Shown here piece by piece: positions 23,172-36,584 of a stretch of 64,000 bases of DNA. Location of the stretch: positions 31,854,468 to 31,918,467 of the forward strand of contig NC_083440.1 of NCBI RefSeq assembly GCF_020745735.1. The letters are read 5' to 3'. Made by a program: the position numbers and the translations under genes. The notes below the pieces were generated by a model that saw only the letters and a program-made list of their open reading frames with translations, searched no databases and was not told where the DNA came from. Each line of letters begins with the position of its first letter. Within the stretch, counting starts at the first letter, position 1. The stretch comes from Hemiscyllium ocellatum. Lineage: Eukaryota.

Positions 23172-24388
23172 GACATAGAACATAGAACATAGAACATAGA
23201 ACATAGAACAATACAGCACAGAACAGGCCCTTCGGCCCACGATGTTGTGCCGAACATCTATCCTAGATTAAGCACCCATCCATGTACCTATCCAATTGCC
23301 GCTTAAAGGTCGCCAATGATTCTGACTCTACCACTCCCACAGGCAGCGCATTCCATGCCCCCACCACTCTCTGGGTAAAGAACCCACCCCTGACATCTCC
23401 CCTATACCTTCCACCCTTCACCTTAAATTTATGTCCCCTTGTAACACTCTGTTGTACCCGGGGAAAAAGTTTCTGACTGTCTACTCTATCTATTCCTCTG
23501 ATCATCTTATAAATCTCTATCAAGTCACCCCTCATCCTTCGCCGTTCCAACGATAAAAGGCCGAGAACTCTCAACCTATCCTCGTACGACCTATTCTCCA
23601 TTCCAGGCAACATCCTAGTAAATCTTCTCTGCACCCTCTCCAAAGCTTCCACATCTTTCCTAAAGTGAGGCGACCAGAACTGCACACAGTACTCCAAATG
23701 TGGCCTAACCAAAGTCCTGTACAGCTGCAACATCACTTCACGACTCTTGAATTCAATCCCTCTGCTAATGAACACTAATACACCATAGGCCTTCTTACAA
23801 GCTCTATCCACCTGAGTGGCAACTTTCAAAGATCTATGTACATAGACGCCAAGATCCCTCCGTTCATCCGCCTGACTAAGAACCCTACCGTTAACCCTGT
23901 ATTCCGCATTCTTATTTGTTCTTCCAAAATGGACAACCTCACACTTGGCAGGGTTGAACTCCATCTGCCACTCCTCAGCCCAGCTCTGCATCATATCTAA
24001 GTCCCTTTGCAGCCGACAACAGCCCTCCTCACTGTCCACAACTCCACCAATCTTCGTATCATCTGCAAATTTACTGACCCACCCTTCGACTCCCTCTTCC
24101 AAGTCATTAATAAAAGTTACAAACAGCAGAGGACCTAGAACTGATCCCTGCGGAACTCCACTTGTAACTGGGCTCCAGGCTGAATATTTACCATCTACCA
24201 CCACTCTCTGACTTCGACGGTTAGCCAGTTTTCTATCCAATTGGCCAAATTTCCCTCTATCCCATGCCTCCTGACTTTCCGCATCAGCCTACCATGGGGA
24301 ACCTTACCAAATACCTTACTAAAATCCATGTACAGTACATCCACTGCTCTACCCTCATCCACATGCTTGGTCACCTCCTCAAAGAATT
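23172..24388 (-). mobile_element. Young 5'-truncated CR1 (HER1-like) LINE with intact RT C-terminal frame
   Basis: Uninterrupted 325-codon frame 24240-23263 ([38 protein letters not shown]) and (CATAGAA)n tail at 23175-23210. Confidence 0.93.
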
Positions 24389-25560
24389 ACTTGGAATTCT
24401 TTGAGGTCATAATGAGCGTGGTAGACAATGGGGAACTGGTGAACGTGGTGTATCTGGATTTCCAAAAGGCATTCAGCAAGGTGCTGCACAAAAGGCTGCT
24501 GCATAGGATAAAGATGCACAGTGTTACGGGCAATGCATTAGCATTGGCAGAAAACTGGTTAACTGACATAATGCAAAACGTGGAGATAAATGGGTGTTTT
24601 TCTGGTTGGCAATCAGTGGTGGGTGGTGTGTCTCAGGGATGAGTGTTGGGACTGCAATTGTTTAAAATTAAGGTAGATTGCTTCGAGTGAGAGATCCAAG
24701 TGTAGTGTGTTGTAGTTCGCAGAAGGCACTTAAATGAGTGATAGAGCAAAGTGTGCAGGAGGATATAGATAGGTTAAGTGAGTGGGCAAGAGTCTGGCAG
24801 ATGGAGTACAATGTTAGTAAACGTGAGGTCATCCATTTTGGCAGGAATGATAACAAACAGAATGCTGCTGTGCAGGGGGACTTGGCTGTTCTTGTGATGA
24901 AACACAAAAGTATGGTTTGCAAGGACAGTAGCTAATTAGGAAGACAAATGGAATAACGTCTTTCATTGGCTGTGGATAGAGTTTAAAATTAGGACTTTCT
25001 GCTGCAGCTGTATAGGGCGCTGGTGTGACCATGCCTGGAGTATTCTGTACACTTTTCATCATCTTACATGAGATGGCACTGGGGTGGGGTTTGCTGAGGA
25101 GGTTGATTACGTTGATTCTGGAAATGAGGGGGTTGGCTTGTGAGGAGAGATTGAGCAGACTGGGATTATGCTCATTGGAATTCAGAAGAATGTGGGAGGG
25201 TGGTTGTAAAATTATAAATGGGATAGATAAGACAGAAGCGGGGAGGCTATTTCCATTGGTGGGTGAAATTAGAACGACGGGGCGTAACATCAAAATAAGG
25301 GCAACAGATTTAGGACTGAGTTGAGGATCAACATCTTCACCCAAAGGGTTGTGAATCTGTGGAATTCCCTGCCTAGTGAAGCAGCTGAGGCCAACCTGTT
25401 AAATGTTTTAAAGGTGAAAATAGATTTTTTAACAGTAAAGGAATGGAGGGTTATAGTGAACGGGTGGGTAAGTGGAACCTTAATCCACTGAAAGATGATC
25501 CATGATGTTATTGAAAGGCAGAGCAGACTCATGGGGTCAGATGGCCTACTCCTGATCGTA
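24389..25560 (+). mobile_element. Older CR1 LINE RT/3' fragment; its 5' part lies at ~23130-23171
   Basis: LEFFEV...VYLDFQKAFSKVLHKRLL, LSRLGLCSLEFRRM and CR1 3' UTR. Upstream piece ttcatgaaatgcaggtcatgtttaactgatta sits just before the young CR1 tail. Confidence 0.85.
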
Positions 25561-25999
25561 TTTCTAATGTTTGGATGTTGTTATGTTGTAACAGGCCTCC
25601 AATCCAAAACGTAATACGCTCTGACTACTGAGTAAAAACTGAAAGAACTGTGGATGCTGTGTATCAGAAACAAAACAGGAAACGGCTGGAAATGTTCAGA
25701 AGGTCTGGCAGCATCTCTGGTGTGAAAGGCTCACCAGTTTATGGTTCCCTGGCTTTTCCATTCAACTCTCTTCAGTCATGCTACCACATTCGTCACTCTC
25801 CAGTCTTCTGGCATCTCATCTATGATTATCAACAATACAAATATCTCAGCAAGGGGGCCACAAAGCTTCCCACAAAGTTCAGAGAAATACCTAATCAGGT
25901 CTCCAGGATTTATTTCCATTTTTCTACTTTAAGACCTCCAACACCTCCTCTTCTGTGAGACGAACTCATTTTAAGATCACATTATTTATTTCCCAAGTT

Positions 26000-28250
26000 C
26001 CTTAGCTTCTATGCTCCTATCTACTGTAAATATTGATGCAAAATATTTGCTTAGTGTCTCAGCCATCTCCTGTGGTTCCATGTATGGAAAGCCATGTTGA
26101 TCTTTAAGGGCTGTATTCTCTCCTTAGTTATTCTTTTAACCTTAAAATAATTTTAGAAACTTTTTGGATTCTCCAAAAGCAATTTTTTGCTTTTTGCCAA
26201 AGCAATTTCATGCCCCCTTTTTTCCCTCATGATTTCCTGGTTAAGTATACTCCGACTGCCCTTATACCCTTCTCAGGATTCACTCAATCCCAGCTGTCTA
26301 TATCTGATGAATGCCCCCTTCGTTTTCTGGACAGGAGTTGCAATTTCCCTCATCATTGAGCTTTTCCCATGCCTTGCCCTTCGTACAAACAGAAACATAC
26401 CATCACTGAACTCTCATTGTCACATTCTTATAGGCCTCCCACATGTCAGCCGTCCCTTTACCTGAGAATAACTTCCCTCAACCAACTTCTCAAAGTCTAA
26501 TACCATCAAAACTGGCCACAATCCAATTTGAAACTTTCATTTTTAAATCAATTCTCTCCTTTCTCATCATTATTATTAAACCAATAGAATTATGATCACT
26601 TTCCCTGAAGTGTGCCCCTGCAGACACCTCAGTCACTTGTCCTGCCTTGATTCCCAACAGAAGGTCAAGTATCGTGAACTGTCCAATAGGTGCATCCACA
26701 TATTGAATAACAAAATTTTCTTGTACACACTTAAACAATTTCTCGACATTCCAAGATCTTAACACTACCCCAAACTCTGTTTGGAAAGTTAAAATTCCCT
26801 ACCATTATCCTCTTTTCTTACAGGTAGCATAATCGCTTGTAAATTTTCCACTGACTATTAGGAGGCCCATTTTACAATCCCAGCAAGGTCATCACCTCTT
26901 TCTTATTTTTAAGTTTCATCCATAACTTCACTGGGCAGTCTCCAAGAAATATCCTCTCTACATCCAGCTGTAATGTTCTTTCTAACCAAAACACTACTCC
27001 ATCTCCTCTCTTGCTCCTCTGTCTATACATTCTATAACATCTGTATCCTGGAATATTAAGTTGCGAGTCCTGTTCATCCCTGAGCCACATTTCTGTAATG
27101 GCAATGTTATCCTTATCCCACATTCCCATCTATGCCCTATGTTCATCTGTCTCACATGTCAGATCTCTTGCATCGAAGTAAATGCAGTTTAGCAGTCTTA
27201 CCTTGCTCTTGCCAAACTGTTGTCTGCCTTGACCCCGAGAATTGCTCACCGCATCTCACCTCAAACATTTCTCTTTTCTCACTATCTTGTTGGTTCCCAC
27301 CATCCCCCTTTCTAATTAAAACCTTCAGCCTACTGCTGGCAAATTTCCCCACAAGAATATCGGTCCCCTTCCAATTCAGGTCCCTCTTATACAAGTCATT
27401 TCTATCCTTGAAGAGATCCCAATGATTGAAAAATGGGAATCCTAACCCCTGCAGCAGCTTCTCAGCTACACATTCGCTGCTCTATCTGACTGTTCCTAGT
27501 CTCAATATTCCATTAGTTTTTAAACAAACCCCAACATGACATTTGCCATCTTTATTGACAGTTGAAATTAAAAGCTAACTTTTTTGTGGTTCGGAGATGC
27601 AGACTTCCTGAAGATTTCTGAATTCAATCTCTATCTTGCCTGTGAAAATGCACAAGTTCACTGTTTATGTCTGTTCTCATTTATTTAATCCACATTACAT
27701 TAATGTGCAAAGCTCCTTGTTCACTCTCGTCCTATCTGTATCGCTCCACAAACTTCTTTTTGTGTCATACTCACCACTTGTCTCCGCTCCAATTTTTGTG
27801 TCATTCGCAAACTTGCCTACAATACACTTTCCTCATCTAAGTCATCAAAATACTTTGTAAATTTTTTTGTCCCGCAGAACAGATTTATGTGGTACTCCAC
27901 ACTTTGATATCCTGTAAAATAAAACACTTAATCAAACTTTTCTGATTGGGATTTCAAAAATCCTCTCTCCACGTTAATACAGTACCTCCAAAGCCAAGGC
28001 TCCTTTCTTATTCAGCAATCTTATGCATGGGTGCTATCAAACACCTTCAGAAAATCAAAACATATTACAATCACCGTTTCCTCCATTTTCTCCAAGAATT
28101 CCAATACATTTATCAGGCAAGATTTCCATTTTGTAAAGCCATTCTCAGTTTCCTGCTGTAACAAAAAGATTTTAAAGACTCCACCATTTTTTTCAATAAA
28201 TGATGTTAAACTAAGTAGCCTCAGTCAATCTTTTGTGTGCCTTAACTTTT
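26000..28250 (-). mobile_element. Degraded CR1 LINE ORF2 (endonuclease/linker) fragments
   Basis: Minus translations IAITEMWLRDEQDSQLNIPGYRCYR and ILDLLLGIKAGQVTEVSAGAHFRESDHNSI. Confidence 0.75.
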
Positions 28251-28559
28251 TATGAGTGAAGGTGTTGGTTGAAGGATCTACTATCAGCCGTCACTTCCAC
28301 CAGCTGGAGAAGCACTGTCATCTACTGTGAAAAACTCAACAAAATGTATCTATGTTCATTTACTGAGAAAGCAATTCCACAAATGTTCTAGCTCATCACC
28401 TTCTGCTGGTGGTCCCAGATTTTATGAAGCAATTCATTGAAAGTCGACAAGGCTAATTAGCATCAAACCAAGATCAATAATTGAGCAGAAATATCTCAAT
28501 TCCTGGTCACGTGTTTTTGTTCATCTCTTTTTAGGACATTAGCTTTGACAATGTGGAGA

Positions 28560-29720
28560 CTGTATGGGTGGAGCTGTGAAATACCAAAGGACAAAAAAGA
28601 TTAGTGGGTGTCATACACAGACCCCCAGACTGCAGTGGTCATATCGGAATAGTATTAAACAGGAAATTAGCCAAGCATGTGATATGGAAACATCTGTGAT
28701 CATGAGTAATTTTAATCTGCATCTAGATTGGACAAATCAAATTAGCCACAATGTCTTAGAGAAAAAATTCCTGGAGTACATACGGGATGGTTGTCTTAAT
28801 CAATATGTGGCTGAACCAACTAGAGAGCAGGCCATCTTAGACTGGGTACTGTGTAATGAGAAGGGAATCATTGCCAATCTAGCTGCGTGAGACTCCTTGG
28901 GGATGAGTGACCATGACATGATACAACTTTTTTATCAAAATGGAGAGTGAGCCAGCTCATTTGGAGACTAGGGTGCTGAATTTTAATAAAGGAAACTATG
29001 AAGATATATAAGGCATGAGTTGGCGTTGAGAGATCAGTGAAAGTTGCTTAAAGGTGTGACAGTAGATAGGCATTGGCAAATATTCAAGGAAATCATGGGG
29101 GAACTGCAACAACTATTTATTCCTGTCTGGTACAAAAGCAAAATGGGTAAAGGGCCAATCCATGGCTTATAAAGGAAATTAGATAGCATCCGATTGAAGA
29201 AATAACATAGAAATGGGCCAAGAAAAATAATAGGTCTGATGTTTGAGAGCAGTTTCGAATTCAGGAAAGAAGGACCAAGGGATTGATTAAGATGGGGAAA
29301 ACAGTCCAAAAGAAAGTAAGCTTGCAGGGAACATGAAGACTGACGCTACAAGGTTCTACAGTGCATGAAGAGAAAGAGATTGATGAAGACAAATGTAGGT
29401 CCCCACAGATGGAAATTGGGGAATTGTATAACGAAGGACAACGAAACAGCTGAGCAATTGTATTCGTACTTTAGTCCTGTCTTAACAAAAACCGACAGTT
29501 ATACAGGAGGTGGGTGAGGCTGCAGTTGGAGCATGTGCTCTGTTTTGGTCACCTTGCTCGAGGAAGGATGTTATTAAACTGGAAAGAGTGCTGAAGAAAT
29601 TTCTAAGGATGTTGCTCGCACTCAGTGTTATAAGGAGAGGCTGAACAAGCTAGAACTTCTTTTCTTGGCAGTCTAGGAGACTGAGAGGGGATCTTATAGA
29701 TCTGTACAAAATTATGAGAG
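28560..29720 (+). mobile_element. Degraded CR1 LINE fragments
   Basis: VIMSNFNLHLDW...EPTREQAILDWVLCNE (endonuclease C-terminal part), followed by 3' pieces. Confidence 0.75.
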
Positions 29721-29939
29721 GCATACACTCAGTCTTGTTTGTCTTGAAGAAGTTTTCCTCCTCTGTCTACAAGATCTTTCCACTCTGCAGACTCCCTGCC
29801 TCTATTCCTGATGAAGGGTTTTTGCCCGACAGGTCGATTTTCCTGCTCCTCGGATGCTGCCTGACCTGCTGTGCTTTTCCAGCACCACTCTCATCTAGAC
29901 TCTGGTTTCCAGCATCTGCAGTCCTTGTTTTTAACTAAT

Positions 29940-30190
29940 TGGTTTATATCAGGCAGGCAGAGATTGGTGTCACTGACTATGGGGCTGGTTTATATCAGAC
30001 TGGGGGAGATTGGTGTTAGTGTCTGTGAGGCTGGTTTATATCAGACTGGAGGAAAATGTTGTCACTGTCTGTGGGGCAGGGCGAAATCAGACATGGGGAC
30101 ACTTGTGTCTGTGGGGTGGTTTATATTCGACAGGGGGTGATTGGTGTCAGTGAGTGAGGGGCTGGTTTATATCTGACAGGAGGAGTTTGG
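29940..30190. repeat. Minisatellite, ~5.5 copies of a 46-bp unit
   Basis: TGGTTTATATCAGAC...GATTGGTGTCACTGTCTGTGGGGC starting at 29940, 29986, 30032, ~30078, ~30117 and 30163. Confidence 0.85.
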
Positions 30191-30267
30191 TAAGGACGTT
30201 ATAAAGTAGCTGAAAATGTGATGCTGGTTAAAGCGCAGCAGGTCAGGCAGCATCCAAGGAACAGGAA

Positions 30268-30303
30268 ATTCGACGTTTCGGGCCAGAGCCCTTCATCAGG
30301 AAT
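30268..30303 (-). ncRNA. Minimal hammerhead ribozyme motif in PLE terminal fragment
   Basis: Minus: ATTC-CTGATGA-A-GGGC-TCTG-GCCC-GAAA-CGTC-GAAT, with a perfectly paired stem II. Part of a PLE end fragment at ~30205-30372. Confidence 0.68.
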
Positions 30304-30374
30304 GAGGAGAGGGTGCCAGGCAGGCTAAGATAAAAGGTAGGGAGGAGGGACTTGGGGGAGGGGCGATGGAGATG

Positions 30375-31430
30375 TGATATACCACTCCAGATGCCTTTTA
30401 AATGCTGTAACTGTACCAGTCTCCATCACTTCCTCTGGTAGCACATTCCATACACACACCATCATCAATGTGAAAAAGTTGTCTCCTTATATCTTTCCCT
30501 CTCACTCTAAGCCTATGCCCTCACTCACCCCAGGGAAAAGACTTTGTCCGATTTATGTCCCTCATGATTTTATGAAACTTGTGAAGCCTCCAGCGAAAAC
30601 AGCCCCAGCCTATTTCAGCCTCTCCCTATAGCTCAAATCCTCCACCCTGGCAATATCTTTGTAAATCTTTTCTGAACCCATTCAAGATTCACAACATTCT
30701 TCGATAGGAAGGATACCAGAATTGCACACGGTTGAACCAATGTCCTGTACAGCCACAACATGACCTCCCAGTTTCTACACTTTATACTCTGAGCAATAAA
30801 GGAAAGCATACCAAATGCCTTCTTCACTATTCTATCTGCCTGCAACTCTACTTTCAAAGAATTATAAACCTGCACTCCAACTCCTCAGCAACACACCCTT
30901 ACAAATAATTGCGTATGTCCTGCTCTGATTTGCTTTTCCAAAATACAGCACCTCACATTTATCTAAATTAAACTCAAACTGCCACTCCTCAACCCACTGG
31001 CCCACCTGATCAAGATCCCATTGTAATCTGAGGTAACCTTCTTCACTGTCCACTGCACCTCCAATTTTGTTGCCATCTGCAAACTTATTGACTATACCTC
31101 CTACGTTTACATCCAAATCATTTATATAAATGAGGAAAAGCAGTGGATTCAACACTGATCCTTGTAGCACACCACTGGTCATAGGCCTCCAGTCTGAAAA
31201 GCAACCTTATACCACCACCTCTTCCTTTTGAGCCAATTCAAATGGCTAATTCTCCCGATATTCCATATGATCTAAGCTTGCTAACCAGTATCCCATGGGG
31301 AACCTTGTCAAACACCTTACTGAAGTCCACACAGATCCCATTCACCGCTCTGCCCTCATCAATCCTCTCTGTTACTTCTTCAAACGAAAAGTCAGTCAAG
31401 TTCGTGTGACATGATTTCTGACACAAAAAA
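30375..31430 (-). mobile_element. Degraded CR1 LINE RT/3' fragment
   Basis: SGVLQGSVLNPLLFLIYINDLD, NKFADGNKIGG, DFSKVFDKVPHG. Confidence 0.85.
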
Positions 31431-31714
31431 CCATTGCTACTTTAAAATTAATGGAAGTTTAGTCACTGGCCCCAAAGTACTCCCCCACTGACACCTCAGC
31501 CACCTGTCCTCAGTCTGTTACCATTGTGATAGGCTGTTTCATTGCTGTGAATTTGAATTAAAATGAGAAAATCCTGGACGGACTGGACGCTGCTCCTCAA
31601 TCAGGTAGCTAGTGGGGCAGGATCACAGGACACCGAATGTATAGTAAATTCTGTGTCCCATGATCTTGCCCAACTAGCTACTTAATGAAGCTCTTGAAAG
31701 CTAGTGTGCTTCCA

Positions 31715-34700
31715 GCATCTGCAGTCATTGTTTTTACCTCATTGATTTTAACCCTACTGTGAATCCTCTTGCAAGGATGCCTGCCTTGAAGAAGTTTTCC
31801 TCCTCTCTCTAAAAGAATCTCAGGGAGCCCCTCTCCCACTGCAACTTCCAGGTCATTTCCTCTGCCCTGAAGCTCTTCAACCATGTTGTGAAACAAACTC
31901 GGTACCACAGCCACATTTGCTTCCTCAGTGCCTGCCTCCATAACCAACTCATCCCACACGGACTCCGAACCACCTTTAAACCAGCAGAGTTCGGACCCAA
32001 ACAGGACAAACAGTACAAAACAGTACTACAGATTCAAAAACACCAGCAACAGTTCTCTTTCAGGATCCTCCGCTCTACACTCGCAGCAATGCGCTGGCAC
32101 CTAACCTCTCTATAGTCAGCCCTGCCTCAGCTAAGGGCCACACTCTCTCAGAATTGCGAAGAACCCACTCTGTACTCCATCCTCGGGAGAAGTCATACTG
32201 TAAGTACAAGAAACTTTTATCCACCCACCTCCATAACCAGCACTCCTCAAACATTCCAGAAGATTCCACTGGCCTCGGAAACGCCATTAGCTATGTGGCT
32301 GATGCAGCTACCAGTCCCACCCTGATTGATGATGCCACTTCCGCCCCTATCATGGCCACTCCCACAGCCACTTCTGGCCGTCACATCATCGCTGATGCCT
32401 CATGCTCAGTGACTTGCACCACCCCTACTCAGTGACTGCCACCACTTACGCCCCCACCAGCTCCACTCACCTGCATTTTGCTGACACGCTCCCCACAGAC
32501 CCCACTGTCACTATCCCCACCCCCCAGAACCCTGAGGGGAACACTACCCCTGCTCATGACTCCACCCCCATTCCCCCCACCATCCCACCCACTCCAGGTA
32601 CTGGCTCCAACCCCACTCCCAGCTCCACACCCACACCAGATCCCAGCTCCCAGCCCTGCCGAGTTTTCAGCATCCCTCCAGACCTCCCCTCACTGAGGAC
32701 GAACGATCAGTCCTCAGCAAAGGACTCACCATCATCCCCCTCCGTCCACGCATCAATGAATTTAATACACGCTGTGACGTTGAACAATTCTTCCGTCGCC
32801 TCCGCCTCCAAGCTTACTTTCACAATCAGGACTCCCGCCCACCTTCTGAGGACCCCTTCGCCCACCTCCAATACATTGCATCCACCTGGACACCCCGCGC
32901 TGGCCTATTACCTGCCCTCGAACTCTTCATTTCCAACTGCCGCCGGGACATTAACCACCTCAACCTGTCTATCCCCCTCCCCCACTCTAACCTCTCACCC
33001 TCACAACGCTCAGCACTCCAATCCCTCCGCTCCAATCCCAACCTCACCATTAAGCCAGCGGATAAAGGGGGCGCAGTGGTAGTCTGGCGCACTGACCTCT
33101 ACACCGCTGAAGCCAAACGCCAACTCGAGGACACCTCTTCCTACTGCCCCCTCGACCATGACCCCACCCCCATTACCAAACCATCATCTCCCAGACCATA
33201 CAGAACCTCATCACCTCAGGAGATCTCCCACCCACAGCTTCCAACCTCATAGTCCGGGAACCCCGCACTGCCCTGTTCTACCTCCTTCCCAAGATCAACA
33301 AGCCTGACCACCCTGGCCGACCCATTGTCTCAGCATACTCCTGCCCAACTGAACTCATCTCTGCCTACCTCGATACTGTCCGATCCCCCCTAGTCCAGGA
33401 ATCCCCACATATGTTCGAGACACCACCCACGCCCTCCACCTGCTCCAAGGCTTTCGTTTCCCCGGCCCCCAATGCCTCATCTTCACCATGGATATCCAAT
33501 CCCTCTACGCCTCCATCCGCCATGACCAGGGTCTCCAAGCCCTCCGTTTTTTTCCTCTCCAGACGTCCCCAACAGTACCCTTCCACCGACACTCTCATTC
33601 GTTTGACCGAACTGGTCCTCACCCTTAACAATTTCTCCTTTGAAACCTCCCAATTTCTCCAGACCAAATGGGTAGCCATGGGCACATGTATGGGCCCCAG
33701 CTATGTCTGTCTCTTTCTTGGCTACGTATAACAGTTGATCTTCCGTAATTACATCGGCACCACTCCCCACCTCTTCCTCTGCTACATTGATGACTGCATT
33801 GGCGCCACCTCGTGCTCCCACGAGGAGGTTGAGCAATTCATCAACTTCACCAACACATTCCACCGACTTGACACTGACATGTTTTTACAAACCCAACAAC
33901 TCCCACAGCTACCTGGATTACACCTCTTCCCACCCTATCTCTTGCAAAAATGCCGTCCCGTATTCCCAATTCCTCCGCCTTCGTCGTATCTGCTCCCAGG
34001 AGGACCAGTTCCACCATAGAACACACCAGATGGCCTCCTTCTTTCGAGACCGCAATTTCCCTTCCCACGTGGTTAAAGATGCCATCTAACGCATCTCGTC
34101 CACATCCCGCACCTCCACACTCAGACCCCACGCCTCCAACCGTAACAAGGACAGAACGCCCCTGGTGCTCACCTTCCACCCTACAAACCTTCGCATAAAC
34201 CAAATCATCCACCGATATTTCCGCCACCTCCAAAAAGACCCCACCACCAGGAATATATTTCCCTCCCCACCCCTTTCAGCATTCCGCAAAGACCGTTCCC
34301 TCCGTGACTACTTGGTCAGGTCCATGCCCCCCTATGACCCACCCTTCCATCCTGGCACTTTCCCCTGCCAACGCAGGAACTGTAAAACCTGTGCCCATGC
34401 CTCCACCCTCACCTCTATCCAAGGCCCTAAAGGAGCCTTCCTCATCCATCAAAGATTTACCTGCACATCCACTAATATCCACCGTGGGCGGCACGGTGGC
34501 AGTGGGCGGCACGGTGGCACAGTGGTTAGCACTGCTGCCTCACAGCGCCTGTAGACCCGGGTTCAATTCCCGACTCAGGCGACTGACTGTGTGGAGTTTG
34601 CACGTTCTCCCCGTGTCTGCGTGGGTTTCCTCCGGGTGCTCCGGTTTCCTCCCACAGTCACAAAGATGTGCGGGTCAGGTGAATTGGCCATGCTAAATTG

Positions 34701-35477
34701 CCCATAGTGTTAGGTAAGGGGTAAATGTAGGGGTATGGGTGGGTTGCGCTTCGGCGGGTCGGTGTGGACTTGTTGGGCCGAAGGGCCTGTTTCCACACTG
34801 TAAGTCTAATCTAATCTAATCTATCATTTATTGTATCCGTTGCTCCCGATGCGGTCTCCTCTACATTGGAGAGACTGGGCGCCTCCTAGCAGAGCGCTTT
34901 AGGGAACATCTCCGAGACACCCGCACCAATCAACCACACCGCCCCGTGGCCCAACATTTCAACACCCCTCCCACTCTGCCGAGCACATGGAGGTCCTGGG
35001 CCTCCTTCACCACTGCTCCCTCACCACCAGACGCCTGGAGGAAGAACGCCTCATCTTCTGCCTCGGAACACTTCAACTCCAGAGCCTCAATGTAGACTTC
35101 AACAGTTTCGTCACTTCCACTTCCCCCACCTCATCCTAGTTTCAAACTTCCAGCTCAGCACTGTCCCCAAGACTTGTCCGGACTTGTCCGGCCTGCCTAG
35201 CTCCTTTTCCACCTATCCACTCCACCCTCTCCTCCCTGACCTATCACCTTCATCTCCTCCCCCACTCACCCATTGTGCTCTATGCTACTCTCTCTCCACC
35301 CCCAACCTCCCCAAGCTTATCTCTCCACGCTTCAGGCTCACTACCTTTATTCCTGATTAAGCACTTTTGCCCAAAACGTCGATTTCACTGCTCGTTGGAT
35401 GCCGCCTGAACTGCTGTGCTCTTCCAGCACTACTAATCCAGAATCTGGTCTCCAGCATCTGCAGTCATTGTTTTTAT
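31715..35477 (+). mobile_element. Near full-length, disrupted Penelope-like element containing a SINE insertion
   Basis: Translated pieces KPADKGGAVVVW, LPKINKPDHPGRPIVS, MDIQSLY, YIDDCIGA, NAVPYSQFLRLRRICSQED and GIY-YIG YCIRCSRCGLLYIGETG. The terminal ccagcatctgcagtcattgtttt is repeated at both ends. CTTCCA flanks it at 31709-31714 and 35478-35483. Confidence 0.9.
34486..34822 (+). mobile_element. tRNA-derived V-type SINE (HE1-like)
   Basis: Head gggcggcacggtggcacagtggttagcactgctgcctcacagcgcc, box B ggttcaattcc, V-domain ctgtgtggagtttgcacgttctccccgtgtctgcgtggg, CR1-like 3' end and (TCTAA)n tail. The 5' end is tandemly duplicated. Confidence 0.92.
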
Positions 35478-35636
35478 CTTCCAAATAAACCTGTTGAAAT
35501 ATAAACAGATGCTGTGTGATTTTTAAATTTGGCCACACCTGTCGAACACTGACACATCTATGTCCTCATAGAATCCCTACAGTGTGGAAACAGGCCGTTC
35601 GGCCCAATAAGTACACACCAAATGAATCTGATTGAT

Positions 35637-36441
35637 TCATTCATTGATTTGAGTGAAGGGATACTTCAGCACCTTCTTCAGTTGCTGCCTGAACTTTGTC
35701 AGGGTCATGGCAAAAAATGCCATGCAGCAATTGAGAAACTGCATTATGAATCCAGCACAATTCATGTAGATACGTAGACCAATAGCCTATCACAAACATT
35801 TGACTCCATATTGAATACATTGTTAACACGAACAGTAACAAGATGGATTTACTTCAGCCTATGCATCTCGGTGTCCCTGTGAGACTCTCCACTGGTCTCC
35901 TGTGGGCTCTGCTGGTCATTAACATGTGAATTAATGCATTGAGCAGCAGAATCAGGGGAAATTGGAAAGTCGGTTTAGAATGTGGTGAAGGAACTCAATT
36001 ATGACCCAGTCTCAAGAGTAATAAACATCGATTGTTACATCACAAAGCCAGGGGGTGTTATCCAGCCAATATCGAGCTAGGAGAATAAAATACCAGAAGA
36101 TATTCTTTAAACAGCTCAGCACAGTCGCTGTTCCCGGAGCAGTTTTCTAACTGCAATATTTAATTTTCAGCTTCTGGCAACAAATGGCCACAAATCAATC
36201 GAATATGAAAGTGATGGCAAACCAGACAGGACCGTCCGACCGATATAAAGCAATACGGCATAGATATTACAAATGGGGATGCCCAACAGGAAACTGTTGT
36301 GTTCTCAACAATCAATCGGAATGTTTCTCAATATCAGGTTGAGAATAACGATCTGCCATTGCCATGGCCACCAGTAACGGGTATCACATGGGGACAATCC
36401 ACAATCTTTATCAAGCACCATGAAGATCATCATTACATTAA
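35637..36441 (-). pseudogene. GPR139-like class A GPCR pseudogene, exon 2
   Basis: Acceptor ttgccttcctcacAG, then (V)NVMMIFMVLDKDCGLSPCDTRY/LVAMAMAD..SFLLGIPICNIYAVLLY..VWFAITFIFD*FVAICCQKLKIKYCS*KTA..LSCLKNIFWYF..FPLILLLNAL..QFLNCC..TKFRQQLKKVLKYPFTQINE*. These match the shark GPR139-like expansion as I remember it. Multiple stops and frameshifts, including loss of the DRY-equivalent Arg. Confidence 0.82.
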
Positions 36442-36584
36442 CTGTGAGGAAGGCAAACAAACAAATTAAACATTAATTTGGAGGCAACGTTATGGTGCCT
36501 TAATGGTTAGTACTGCTGCCTCACAGTGCCTGGGACGTGGGCTTGATTCTAGTCTGGATCAACCATCAGCAGTAATTCTCCAGT

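Noticed and set aside
34486-34580. tRNA gene
   Set aside because: The A/B boxes belong to the SINE head, which continues into the V-domain and LINE-derived tail. No complete cloverleaf.
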